From NCBI GenBank assembly GCA_047967505.1, contig CM106538.1: a DNA stretch of 64,000 nucleotides; one strand, written 5' to 3'. Below are positions 40,086 to 52,339 of this stretch, piece after piece. Both the position numbers and the translations under genes were made by a program. The stretch's first letter is position 1; each line of letters begins with the position of its first letter. The notes under the pieces were generated by a model, which did no database searches, had not been told where the DNA came from, and worked only from the letters and a program-made list of their open reading frames with translations. The stretch comes from Dipteris shenzhenensis. Its lineage: Eukaryota.

Positions 40086-41355
40086 CACACATACACACAC
40101 AGTTTGCAAATCATTCAGACTTTCCTATGCACATAGGTGTTGCAAATTAATCATCCAATCATCTTGATAATTGTTTTCCTTTCACAAAACCAATTTGAAG
40201 GCAGTGCTTACAAGAACTTGCACTCGTTTTTTACGGCAAGCAGCCTAGGGAGATGTTTGGGTTTTCTCACATTCCCTTGAGCCATGTGTCATGAATCTAC
40301 GCCCTTGATCTAGTATCATCTTATGCCCTTGATTTCGTTTGATGTAAAAGCTAATATTTTGATTAAAAAACTAAAAGCATATGGGTGCTTTTCACAATAA
40401 CAAGACTATATAAATGTTTCAAACCTAGTCAATTTGAAGAGATGGTCTACTTGATTTGCAAGTTTGGGCTTATTAGCATGTGAAGCTTTAGAGAGCCTCA
40501 CGATGACCTTATGCTCTACTCTCACAAGCCTAAAAGCTCGACTTACTATAGTGATCAAACTCCCATTTTCCCGAGGTTGGAGAGGCACGTAATGCTGGCT
40601 AAGTGGAGAGTGAGAATGTTATGTGCTCTACTTTGGACTTCCTCTATTGATAGTTGTCTTTTTGTGCTATCCAGAGTCTACTAAACAATCTGAGAATGTT
40701 GGAATCATCCCGCTCAAGGACACATGCAAATCCTCTAAAGGTCACATTGGCAAGCTTTTTGGATATTGTGTCTCGGCGTTTGACTACGATTACGACTATT
40801 GACATTTAGGTAATATGCCAATTTCTTATCATTCGCGAGACTTACCCTCTCGGTGCTAATGTGCTCGGCGTTATCTCGGCACCCAGAGCCTTAAGGGCTC
40901 GTTCCCTTGAATTAAAACTCTTTGGAGAAGGAAGCACGCCGCCTCCCCGCCCATACTATGTGTGGTTATAATGATTATATATTATATATTATAATATAAA
41001 TATTTTTAATTATTAGTCCATTCAAAATTTCTTGTTTTTAATATGAATTCTTACAACATTCCTCTTGTTCAATGCATGTTAGCATTGCGAGGGAGCAAGG
41101 AAATCCAAGATGAATGCAAGATTGAAGGATGACTACACCTTTATTCATATGGTTGTAGTCCATGTGACAATATTATAAAAACTGCAAACGAGGATCAGTT
41201 ATTATGTCGCCTTATTCGTGCATTTGTTAGACTTCAGCTTCCAAAATATGGACATCACAAAGTCAATAATAAATCACCACACTTGACATTTGCAGGGAGG
41301 ATTGGATCCTAATGAATCTGTGTCCCATCTCATGTCCTCTATTTTACTCATATAG

Positions 41356-41587
41356 TTTTTTTTTTGGAACACATCCACACCACCTCACGCACCCATCATC
41401 CTATCGAGGGGCACCCCACCCTGGACCGGTGGGCAATGGGTCTAGAGTTGTGGCACTCACACACACCATACACACGCACCCAACCACAAGCTAGGACTCC
41501 ATGCCCCCCCAGCCACCAAGACTTGAACCCATGACCTGAGGGTTGGCAGCCCAACACTCAAACCATTAGGCCAAAGCCTTGGAGGCC
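41356..41587 (-). mobile_element. tRNA-derived SINE
   Basis: On the minus strand there is an A box TGGCCTAATGG (41573-41563) and a B box GGTTCAAGTC (41529-41520) 33 bp apart, a unique body, and an A tail (T-run at 41356-41365 on +). A second T-run flanks the 5' end at 41588. Confidence 0.8.
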
Positions 41588-41908
41588 TTTTTTTTTTGTT
41601 GAAATTCCTAACATCTACTAGGATTGAGTTATTGGGATTTTTTTGAAATTCCTAACCTCTGCTTTTGGATGGGTGCTGGCTTTTTAGTACCTTTTCGCTT
41701 GTATGTGCTTTTCAGGCCCCCTTTTATATGGCTATAAATTAATTCAAGCACTCCACTGAGGAGGTAACTCAGCTTTGACGGTTCGTGGGCTCCACTCAAC
41801 TTTGAAGGTTTGTGGGCTGGAGGCAATTTAGCTTTGAAGGTTCATGCTTTGGGCTGGAGGCACTTCATCTTTAAAGGTTTGTGCTTTTTATCATTTTCCA
41901 CCCGCACA

Positions 41909-42269
41909 AATCATGTTGGAATGCATTTGGTCGGGAAGCTCCCCACCTTTTATTCAAGCTTGCAAGGTACGTCAGGACCATGATAGCCCTTCTAGCGCAT
42001 TGCTAGAGTTGGATCTCTCCTATATCATAACAGATGACATGGGAATTGAGCTGGTTGTGCCCATGGGCTACTTCACCGCCAAGCTTTTTTGCAACAATCT
42101 GAGGATTGAGGGAAGACTCAAGCTTGGATTCAAGTTCGTGGCATACTTTCCATACATATCGCATCTCACGATGGCATTTGCTAAGGTGCCAAGCTTGGGG
42201 CTTAGTGTGAGACCGTTATCATCGAGTAGCCTTGCAATTATAGATCTACCTATCATAGCTTCCTAGGTG
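41909..42269 (+). pseudogene. Orphan exon of an SMP-domain (synaptotagmin-like, NTMC2-type) protein
   Basis: IWSGSSPPFIQACKV...LLELDLSYIITDDMGIEL...LRIEGRLKLGFKFVAYFPYISHLTMAFAKVPSLGLSVRPL...DLPIIAS*V followed by a GTAAG donor. The TAG sits at the conserved W of the LPxIxxW motif. No neighbouring exons were recognised. Confidence 0.72.
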
Positions 42270-43534
42270 GTAAGCTTGAGGATGCTTTCCACTAACATCT
42301 CTATTGAGTATAATATCTTGGTTTCGTCCCCTGAGCAAGACTTGATCACATGATTGGGTTCTATCGGATTCATTTGATCACTTATCAAGAGAAATGAAAT
42401 CCATGGCTACATCCTGAAGTGTCGTGTCGATCATCATACCTGATTAAATGTCATATTTGCACAGTAACTCCATCCACACGGCATTTCAAACTTGTGGCCT
42501 TGTAGAACATGAGAAATGGGACACAGATTTGATTGAATGGTGGGGAACAGATTATGGATTAGGACCACCTCACCCTGACCTTATAGTGGACGATGATCTA
42601 TGAGCCAAAAATTTCTCTAGATTGACCCGCCACTTCACCATGCTGCAATTCATCTAGGCTTTGGTATACGCAAGTCTTGACCTGTACTCAAAGCCGTGCT
42701 TTGTTTCACACCGTTGATAGATTGATTATGAGGTGAATGTGGATTGTTAGGGTTCTATCAGCTAGATTTGAGCCATTATCGAACTGGCAAATGATGCAAG
42801 GTGTTGTGCAAGTTAGAGAATGCACAAAGTGAAGAACATGTGGTTGCTATAACAGTGATAGGGGCCAAGCGATCGATAGGAAGGGGTTCTGAATCAAGGC
42901 AATCAATTTTGAGATGGCAATGCAAGGTAGCTATAGAATGAGGATTACCAAAAAGCGAGCAAGGAAAAGTGAGCGAACCAAAAAAAGTGAGCAAGAATAA
43001 GCGAGCGAGCCAAAAAAACAATCAAACCAAAACAATAATAGATTGACAAATCCCCTTTTTTAGTAGCAAAAATATCTAAGTTCTTCAAAATTCCATGAGA
43101 GAGTTGGACCTATGTCATTGCCAAGGCATCAGTAGTAAAGACACACCCTATCTTTGCTCACTTTTCCTTGTTTGCTTTTGGTAATCCTCCATGATCAAGT
43201 TCTCTGTCCACCACCAACATAAGTGAGATCATCAATGAAATCTTCCACACAAGTCAAAAGTTTCCTAGGACTCCTTGAATGGAATATTCTACATTACATG
43301 CATGTGAAAATGCTTGGTTTTTGAAACTATATTCACTTTCGGAACAAAACTTTTTTTGTTTGCAAAAACATCCCTCCCTAATGACTCATTCTTATATCCC
43401 ACCAATCCAACAAAATCTAAAGAGTAAGTACTTCCCTTTCTTTTAAATGAATTAAATTCCAAAACAAATCGATCTTTACTTATATAAATCAATAGTAGAA
43501 GGCAAAATAGACAACGTATTGACATGGTCCTGAT

Positions 43535-43940
43535 TAAGTAAACTTTCCTCTAGATCTGATGCAACAAATTGGCTAAATTTAATAAATATTCACATTTTGA
43601 TGCATGAAATTTTACTAAATGGTACAAAAGCTCATGATAATTATCTAAATCATGCCTTGCCATTCGTTTTGATATGTAACATGACCCCATTTGGATCCGC
43701 AAATCAAAAGATACAAGACATCGAAATTCTTTTGGCCCAAAACATGAGAATTTCGATGTCCTATATCTTTTGATTTGCGAATCCAAATGGGTTCATGTTA
43801 CATATCAAAACGAATGGCAAGGCATGACTTAGATAATTATCATGACCTTTGCACCATTTAGTAAAATTTCATGCATCAAAATGTGAATTTAATAGAAAAT
43901 TTACCATTTTCTTGCACCAGATTTAGAGCAAGGCTACTCA
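43535..43940. repeat. Long foldback of about 400 bp, MITE-like
   Basis: Arms of about 190 bp are reverse complements (e.g. catgccttgccattcgttttgatatgtaacatga / tcatgttacatatcaaaacgaatggcaaggcatg) around a loop of about 17 bp near 43738. Confidence 0.92.
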
Positions 43941-44279
43941 TTGGTAGCCAAAGCATTTCTATGCAAGTTCTCTCATGAGAATAAATAACACTATCAATAA
44001 TGTAGACTTGCAAGCTTATGTTATAATCATCTTCAAATTTATGGTGATACTATTAAGCTTTATTAAACGATGAGTACATACATATAGTGAGGTTATGTTT
44101 TTATCAAGTTATGCACTTCAGCTATATAGTACATGTTGTTGATAGCCAAACCATTTCTATTTAAGCTCATCTCATGAGAATAAAGAACACAATTACTAAT
44201 GTGCACTGGCAATATTACGTTAAAATCATGTTCAATGTTGAGGAAGCACTATAAATCTTTATTAATGATGAGTACCTGC

Positions 44280-47200
44280 TGTTACATTCCCACAAAAAGG
44301 GCTCATCAAAGATTCTTCCACCCAGCCACGATTCCCAGAGTGCTCTTGTACGTGAACCCCCCTTGAGTTCCCTCAATTTTCTTCCTTTATGGAGCTTGTC
44401 TCTAGAAATCTCCCCTGAACCCAGTGCTTGCCACTTGGAGCCCAATTGAGTGCCACATGTCCATAAAGGACCTTAGAACCGTAGTGCCCTTTAGACCTTA
44501 ATATTGGACTCCATATTGATGCTACCACTATCGAGCCCCCTGGTTTCCCGCTTCACCGCCGTAACCACACTAGACAATACCGGGATTACAGCTGATGTAA
44601 CATTCCCTTCCCCTTAAGAATGGTTTATGTCCTCGAAAACAAAATTGGGAAACCTCCTTTGGATATTGCTTACCCTTTCCCATGTTGAACTCTCTTCAGG
44701 TCTATCTTTCCACTTAACTAGACATTCTTGCCATATTGTGTGTCGTGTTCTTTTTTCTTATCTCAAATTCTTTCTGGGTCATGTGGTAAAGATGCGAGTT
44801 CAATGAGTTAACTAGGACTTCTTTTCTAATGAGATTATCATCATCTCCTAAATTTGTTTTTAGTCTACTAACATGAAAAACTAGATGTACTCTACATCCC
44901 TTAGGTAAGGCTAATTTGTAAGCAAGTTCTCCAATCCTCTTTAGTATTGTGAATGGTCCACAGCTAGGAGACAACTTCGGACATTTACCTATCTTTAGAG
45001 ATTCTGAAGATTCAGGTACCTTAAGGTAGACTTTCTCAATTACTTCAAACTCCAACTTTCTACGGTGGGGGTTTGCATAACTTCTTGCTCTATCTTGAGC
45101 TCTTCATATGCTATCATTAGCTAACTTAAGCGTTTGATTCATATCCTCAAGAAAGTCTTTGGCTAAGTAAACCTTCTCTTTTTTTAGTCCCACTCTCATT
45201 GGGGCTCTTGGTTGAAATCCATACATCATCATAAATGGACTAAAACCTATAGCTGAATGTTTGGCACTATTATATGCAAATTCTAATATGGGTAGATACT
45301 AGTCCCAATTAGTTTGCCGTTTACTTACATATGCTCGAAGCATATCCTCAATGATTTAATTGACCCTTTCAGTTTGACCATCACTTTGTGGATGATCTGT
45401 GGTGCTCATATTCAATGAAGTTTCTAATCTCTTAAACATAGCCCTCCAAAAATAGCTGTTAAATTTGCTATCCCGATCACTAACAATACTGACTGGTAGC
45501 CCATATAGTCTATAGATATGCTCCACAAATAGCCTATCTAATTCTGGAGTTTTAACATCTTCACTGTTGTTGACATGAATGAAATGAGCCATCTTGGTCA
45601 ACCGATCCACAATTACCCACACAGAGTTGTGCCCCCTAAGTGTCTTGGGTAATCCTACAATGAAATCCATGGAGATGCTTTCCCATTTGCCAGATGGAAT
45701 CTCCAATGGGTGTTGGAGACCTCCTACCTTAAGGCATTCAGCCTTGTTGACCTGGCATTTTTGGCACTTCAATACATAATCTTGGACGTCCTTACCTATT
45801 CCAAGCCAAAAGAATTGTCTTTTCAGAAGCACATATGTCTTCTGAATTCTCGGGTGTCCAACACTCGGACTATCATGACATTCAAAAAAGATTGGGCACC
45901 TAATGTCATTATCATCCAGGACACACACTCTACCCTTGTAGAGTAGGTAGCCATCTTCAAAGTATATTTTTTCCACTTGAGTCCTTTATCACCAACCTGT
46001 GGTGTGTCGCCATTTCCATGCGACTCCTTAGTGAAAGCCTCTCGACTAGTTGGATCCCTATTTTTTATCGCTTTCCATATTTCAGAGAAGTGAGGATCAA
46101 ACTCACATTTCCCCTTTAAGGACTCTAGGAAATCATTCTGAAATTGAGTAAAACTCAATTCATTAACAATTGGCATTCGGCTAAGAGAGTCTACTACCAC
46201 ATTGAACTTCCCTTTCCTATATGTCAATTGTATATCAAACTCTTGCATTAACTCAACCCATCTAGCTTTTCTACCTTTAAGCTTTGGATGATTACAAATC
46301 CACTTAATGCTCTCCTGATCAAAGATGATCTCAAATTTTGCACCATATAAGTAGTGCCTCCACTTTTTTAAAGCATAGACTATAGCATATAGTTCCTTCT
46401 CATATGCCGAGTAATTCCATTGGGCATGATCTAACTTTTTGCTTTCAAAAGCCACTGGTTGACCTTTTTGTATAAGTATTGCCCCAACAGCAAAATCACT
46501 GGCATCTGTCTCAACCACGAATGGTTCATTGGGATCCACTACTTTTAAGATAGGAGCTGCTGCTATAGCTACCTTTAATTTTTCAAAACTTGTCTTTTGA
46601 GGTTCATCCCATATGAAGGTGCTTTCCTTCCCCTTAAGCTGGTCTGTCATCGGAACAACAATCCTAGCTGAATCTCCTATAGAATCCTGACAAACCTAAG
46701 AATATCTATAATTATTCTAGATTTGTAGGATATGGCCATTCCAATATGGCCCTTACTTTGCTAGGGTCCATACGAACCCCTTCTTGGGATATTATATGTC
46801 CCAAGTATTTCACTTCTTTTGCAAAGAATTCACATTTGGATTCTTTAGCAAAGAGTGAATTATCTCTAAGCAGCTGGAACACTTTTTGCAAATGTTCCAA
46901 ATGCTTTTTCCTAGTATTACTATAAATAAGGATATTGTCTAAAAATACTACAGCAAATTTCCCTAGATTGGCCTTAAGACACTATTCATAAGTGTCATGA
47001 AAGTTGCTGGAGCATTTGTTAATCCAAATGGCATTACTTTAAATTGATAAATCCCATACCTAGTACGAAATGATGTGTTAGAGACATCCTCTTCCCTAAT
47101 TCATACTTGGTGATATCCTGATCTTAAATCAATTTTAGTAAAGTATTTTGCCCCTTGCAATTGATCAAAGAGCTCATCAATGCGAGGCATAGGATACTTA

Positions 47201-50200
47201 TTTTTTATGGTGATTTTATTTAGTGCTCAGTAATCTATGCATAAATGCATAGTACCATCCTTTCTCTTTACTAGTAAAACTGGTGTAGACCAAGGTGAGC
47301 TACTTGGTTGGATTTGGCCCTTTTTAAGATATTCCGTTAACTATCTTTCGACCTCACATTCCTCCATTTGACTAAGTTTATACGGGGGTTTAGAAACAGG
47401 GGTAGATCCAGGAATTAAATCTATTTTATGATCTACTTCTCTCTCAGGAGATAAATCATCAAGTAAATTAGACGAAAAAACATCTTTAAATTCAAACATT
47501 AAATCATTGAAAGAAGATTTATACTTTTTATTATTATCGAGAACAACATTACTTCTTTCCGATGTAGAAGACATAAAATCACCAATAAAAGTAAGTTCAC
47601 AAAGATATACCTTGCATTCTTCTTGGTGTAGTATTTCTTCCAATTCCATCAAACAAATAAGAGGAGAGTTAGGCACATCATGTTCTCCTTGAATGCGAAA
47701 GACTCTACCCTCTTTTTCAAACATAATGGAGTTATTAAGATAACTCCTCTGTAAGCTATGCCCAAGACTATACAGCCATTCTCGACCAAGCACTACATCT
47801 GTTCGGTTGAGATGCATGATTTGGAAATCCAAGGCATCCTGATAACCTTGAATATCCACCTCTACACCATATATCATGGTGTCCCAAACTTTTTTTATCA
47901 CTAACCTTTGCCCAAGAGACCACATATTTATGGGTACTGGGACTCTCAAGAAATTTTAATTTCTTAACTAACGAGTTCAAGAAATTATGTGTTGCACTAT
48001 CATCGACCATCACTCTTACTCTTTGCCCCTTATTTTTTTCATGCATCCTCATTAAATCATGAAGACCAAAGGTGGGCTGCCACATTGCCGATGATAGACA
48101 TCACATGTGGGTGCTATCCTCATGATAGACCTCTACCTTAGTGTACTTTTCAATACCATTAAGCGGCAACACTTGCACTTGTTTTTGTGGAGGTCTATTT
48201 GGGGCTTTAGTTCCCGCTGGTTTATTTTTAGGGCAGTTCCAAGCTGCATGGTCTTTGCCCAAACATTTGAAGCAAAGATTTTCTTGCCCGTCCCTTTCAT
48301 AATCCTCTTTCTTCAAGAGAGGATAATTTTGTGTTTGAGGTTTCTTAGGTGGTGCCTGAGGAACCTCCTTCTTTAAGTGCCCCTTCCTTTTCAAATTGGG
48401 AAATTTATTGAACTTTGGAACAAAACCTGTTTGCTCTGAAGTTCCAACTCTGAATTTCCCAGTCGTATCATCGTATATTTGGGCATACTTAATGGCTTCC
48501 GTGAAGGTTTTAGGAGAATTTCTTTTCACCTCAACCTTATAAGTGTCTTTGAGACCTCTCACAAAACCCCTTATCTTTTGGAATTCATCAATTCCCTTTA
48601 GCCTAAGGACTACCTCCCTATAGTTCGCTATGTACTGGACTAGAGTGTTTTAACCCATAGTGCAATTGTCCCAAGCCTCCCATGCTCTTTCTAATTCATT
48701 TTTTGGTAAAAACTCTTTTAGGAAGGCTTGTTCAAATTTAGTCAAATACCTAGGAATTCTATCACTCTCCTTGAGGCTCATCCACCATTTATAAGCTTTA
48801 TTTCCAAGGGAAAGACTTGCTTCCACGAATTGATTTTCAGAAGGTGTATTCCTGAGTTGGTGGAAGTCTTGCCACTTTTGCAAGAACATATTAATAGCAT
48901 CTTTATTACGCTTCCTTTCTTCCCCATTGAAAATTGGCGGTTTCAAGTCCTTAAGGATGTTTGAGGTTTCTCTAAGTCGAGAGGTGGACCTCTCAACTTG
49001 ATTAGGAGGAATCGATGATTTTTCGGTAATAGATACCGATTGAGAATCAGCTATATTAGTTATAGCTTCATAGCTAGGGTTTTCAATGTATCACTAATAA
49101 CTCCTAGCTGTGTTTCCATATTTTGAATTCGAGTTTCAAGTTTAGTGAATTTCGTATACGGAATTCCACAATCACCATAATCAATATCCTCCATTTCCAC
49201 ATTATCCTCTTGAGTTTCAGTTTGTACCTCCTCATGTGTTTCCTCTCCAACTATTGCTTTTCCCTTTGTAGCCCTTTCCTCGACCTCCCTAATCATACCA
49301 TCCCTTTCTAGAGTTGTCTTTTTTTTTTTAAAATGCGTACTTTCCAGAAATAATAAAGCAACATGCTTTATATCAGAAAAATGCAATGCCCACTTCCCTT
49401 GTATTTGTTCGAGGTGTTGAATGCATCTTCGAAGTCATTCTGCTTTCTTTTAATTCATAAACTCATCTTTTGACTCTGCTTTTTTACTTCCTTTGACTTT
49501 AAGCTCCTCAACGTGAGCTTTGATTCCCTTCTTTGATCTCCACCATCTCGCTTTCAAGTCCTTTTCTTTAAGATTGGCGAGGCTAGACCTTAGATATAGA
49601 TTCTTATAGGGGTGAAAAAGGATCTTAGAACCTTAGTATAAAAGGAGACCTTTGAAAAAAAAGACGTGGCTTTCTTCAAAGTCTAAGAACTTTATATGAC
49701 TTGGCCTGCAAATGACTTGATGCGCCCTTTTAAGAATTGCAACGTAAATTCACGTCGCATCATCACTTTCCCAAGCAATCTCCTTGTTAATTATACAAAT
49801 GCACATAACAGCAGAAGCTAGGGACACGGTGCACTAGATTGCACAAATGTATGCCGAGCTGTTCTTTTTGTACAAATCCAAAACCACATTGTTGTGCGTC
49901 GGCTTGTTCTAGAAGATTATCACTATGCCCGCCTGCAACCAAAGTCCTCTTTTCAAGCGACAGACTATAGCGTTTCTGTAATGGAGCAGATATAGCTAGA
50001 TGGGCTACGCCAGAACGTGGGGAATTTTACTACGCATACAATCCATGCTTCCATTGCACATCTCCACAACCCGTCCTGCTTATCCGTTTGTCTTCATGGC
50101 TGCCATAGCTTTTCCCGACACAAATCCGGTGGCCTTCTCTTTTGATCGATCGTTGCCTTCCATGACTACTTACAACAGGTGGCCACAAAGCTGAAGCCTT

Positions 50201-50360
50201 GCAATTTGCCCATACTCAAGGAGCATATCCATTATACATAGGCCAACAATTCTTGAGTAGCTCTTGCTCATAGGCAATCCACATCACCCAACTAGGTAGA
50301 CACCCACTCAATTCACAGCAGCAATTTTCGTTCTCAAGTTCGGAAGGAGGCTCTGATACA
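44280..50360 (-). mobile_element. Chromovirus-type Ty3/gypsy element (gag, PR, RT, RNase H, INT, chromodomain); 3' LTR 44280-44602, PPT 44603-44613, PBS about 50350-50360, 5' LTR missing
   Basis: Gag zinc knuckle CFKCLGKDHAAWNC; protease [25 protein letters not shown]; RNase H VETDASDFAVGA and YSAYEKELYAI; integrase WESISMDFIVGLP, IVSDRDSKF and HPQSDGQTERVN; chromodomain KWKDRPEESSTWE. The LTR is bounded by TGTTACAT..ATGTAACA and preceded by GGGGAAGGGAA. Multiple stops. Confidence 0.95.
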
Positions 50361-50708
50361 ATTGACATATAGGAAAGGGAAGTTCAATGTGGTAGCAAAG
50401 TCTCTTAGCCGAATGCCAATTATTAATGAATCTCAATTTCAGAGTGATTTCCTAGAGTCCTTAAAGGAGAAATGTGAGTTTGATCCTCACTTCTCTGAAA
50501 TATGGAAAGCAAATAAAAAATAGGGATCCAACTAATCGAGAGGCTTTCACTAAGGAGTCACATGGAAATGGTGACACACCACAGGTTGGTGATAAAGGAC
50601 TCATGTGGAAAAAATATACTATTGAAGATGGCTACCTACTCTACAAGGGTAGAGTGTGTGTCCCGATGGATGATAATGACATTAGGTGCCAAATCTTTTT
50701 TGAATGTC
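50356..50708 (+). mobile_element. Inverted duplicate of the same element's RNase H-integrase junction (about 45877-46233)
   Basis: IKNRDPTNREAFTKESHGNGDTPQVGDKGL.WKKY..EDGYLLYKGRVCV matches ORFs 45823-46650 and 45356-45976 in the opposite orientation. Confidence 0.9.
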
Positions 50709-52339
50709 ATACATTAATGTTAAAGCACCGGGTGGCAGGATATCTCAAGTCAATGAGGTGGAAGGATGGCACCGGTTGTAGGGTTAGCTATCGATGGGAT
50801 AGCATGCCTTGGAGGGATACCAGGATGGAACTGGTTGGAGGGATTATAGTTATGGCATCGGGTCAATGCTTGCTGTCAGGCCGACGGGATAGAAACCCCT
50901 GACAAATCATAATTAAGGTAGCAAGCTAGGTGACTAACATGTGTTAGTCAGCGAGATAGAGACTAAGGTGATAGGTCGATGGGATTTCGAGCTATGGCAA
51001 TGGGTCAACAAGATAGGAAATGTTTGGGAACACGTAATGTCACTAAATCTTTTTTGATGATTCTTGGTGATTCTTCAAGTTTTGTTCCAGGTTTGTGTGC
51101 ATAGGAGGTTGCTAAGGATTGAAACTACCTATTACAAACAATAAACATCACAAAACAATAAGTTTTGACACATAAACGAGTGATTCCTACAAGTTGGACT
51201 ATCAAGCACCCAAAACCACTTCAAAATTCCACTCCAATCTTCATTTTCAAGTATTTTTAGTTGGATTTGACACTACAACCAACTTTGCGATCATTCTGGC
51301 TACTTTCTTGTATAAACAAACATAAAAAAACAATAAAAAATAAGCTCAAATGCATAAAAATGGCTTTATGGATAGAAAGTTGAAGAGTAAGCTTTTCTAC
51401 TCTAAAATCACTCTTTCTTCACTCTTTTCCACTTGAAATCCACTCCTAATCTCCACTAACAAAGCCTAAGGTCATGTGCAATGGGCTGGTTATGGGAATA
51501 AGCTAAACAAATGTAAAAGCATACCTTGTATCTCCCCGATAGTGTGCCAAAGATGTGTTGTCTGGCAGAGACACGCATCTTGTGGGGATGTTGGAAGTGT
51601 GCCGACGGAACTCCTAACTCCCGTTCTACTTGTGGGAGCCTTGCATAGTGAATCCTTCACTCGTGTCACTCGAGTGCCTACTAGATTGTTGCAATTGGGT
51701 TTCCACCGAGAAGAAGGAGGTGAGAAAGAGAGAGAGGAGAGGCAGGGGAGAAGGGAAGGGGGTGGAGAAGGAGACGGGGGTGAAGGGGAATTGTGGCAAA
51801 CACCAAAGGAAAACAAGAAGAGCAAGAAAACCTCAATATGAACATGAGTAAGAAGAGAGCTTGTATTTCTTAAAGGTTGCATAAAACAATGAAGACCAAA
51901 GTCAACCACTGGGCCTTGTATACATGTCACCATTTGAAGGGAGGGCCAATCTGATTCCTTGTACCACACACTCTCTCTCTTTTGTTACAACCACTTAGGC
52001 CCATATGGTGCCAAGGCATATGCTAATTCTCACAACCTTCCTTCCATCTTCAAATGACACTTGTGTTATCGATATACTTGATCCAAATGGCTCTTGTGTT
52101 ATCTATAAACTTGATCCAAATGGCTCTTGTGTTATCCTTGCCAGTTTTGGTGACTTGGGCGAGACTGAGCCATTTGTGGATCAAAACCCGTAGGGTTTGG
52201 ACAGCCAGATCCATCAACATGCTCAATGGCTATTACCAGAGCACTTTCTTGGACTTCCTTGAGACTGGAGTCATTTTCTTATATCTGGTCTATGAGAGCT
52301 TGGACTAGTTCTTATCTCATGATGAGCTCCTCCAACATC

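Noticed and set aside
41520-41587. tRNA gene
   Set aside because: A and B boxes are present, but there is no convincing acceptor stem, and the extension with an A tail fits a SINE.
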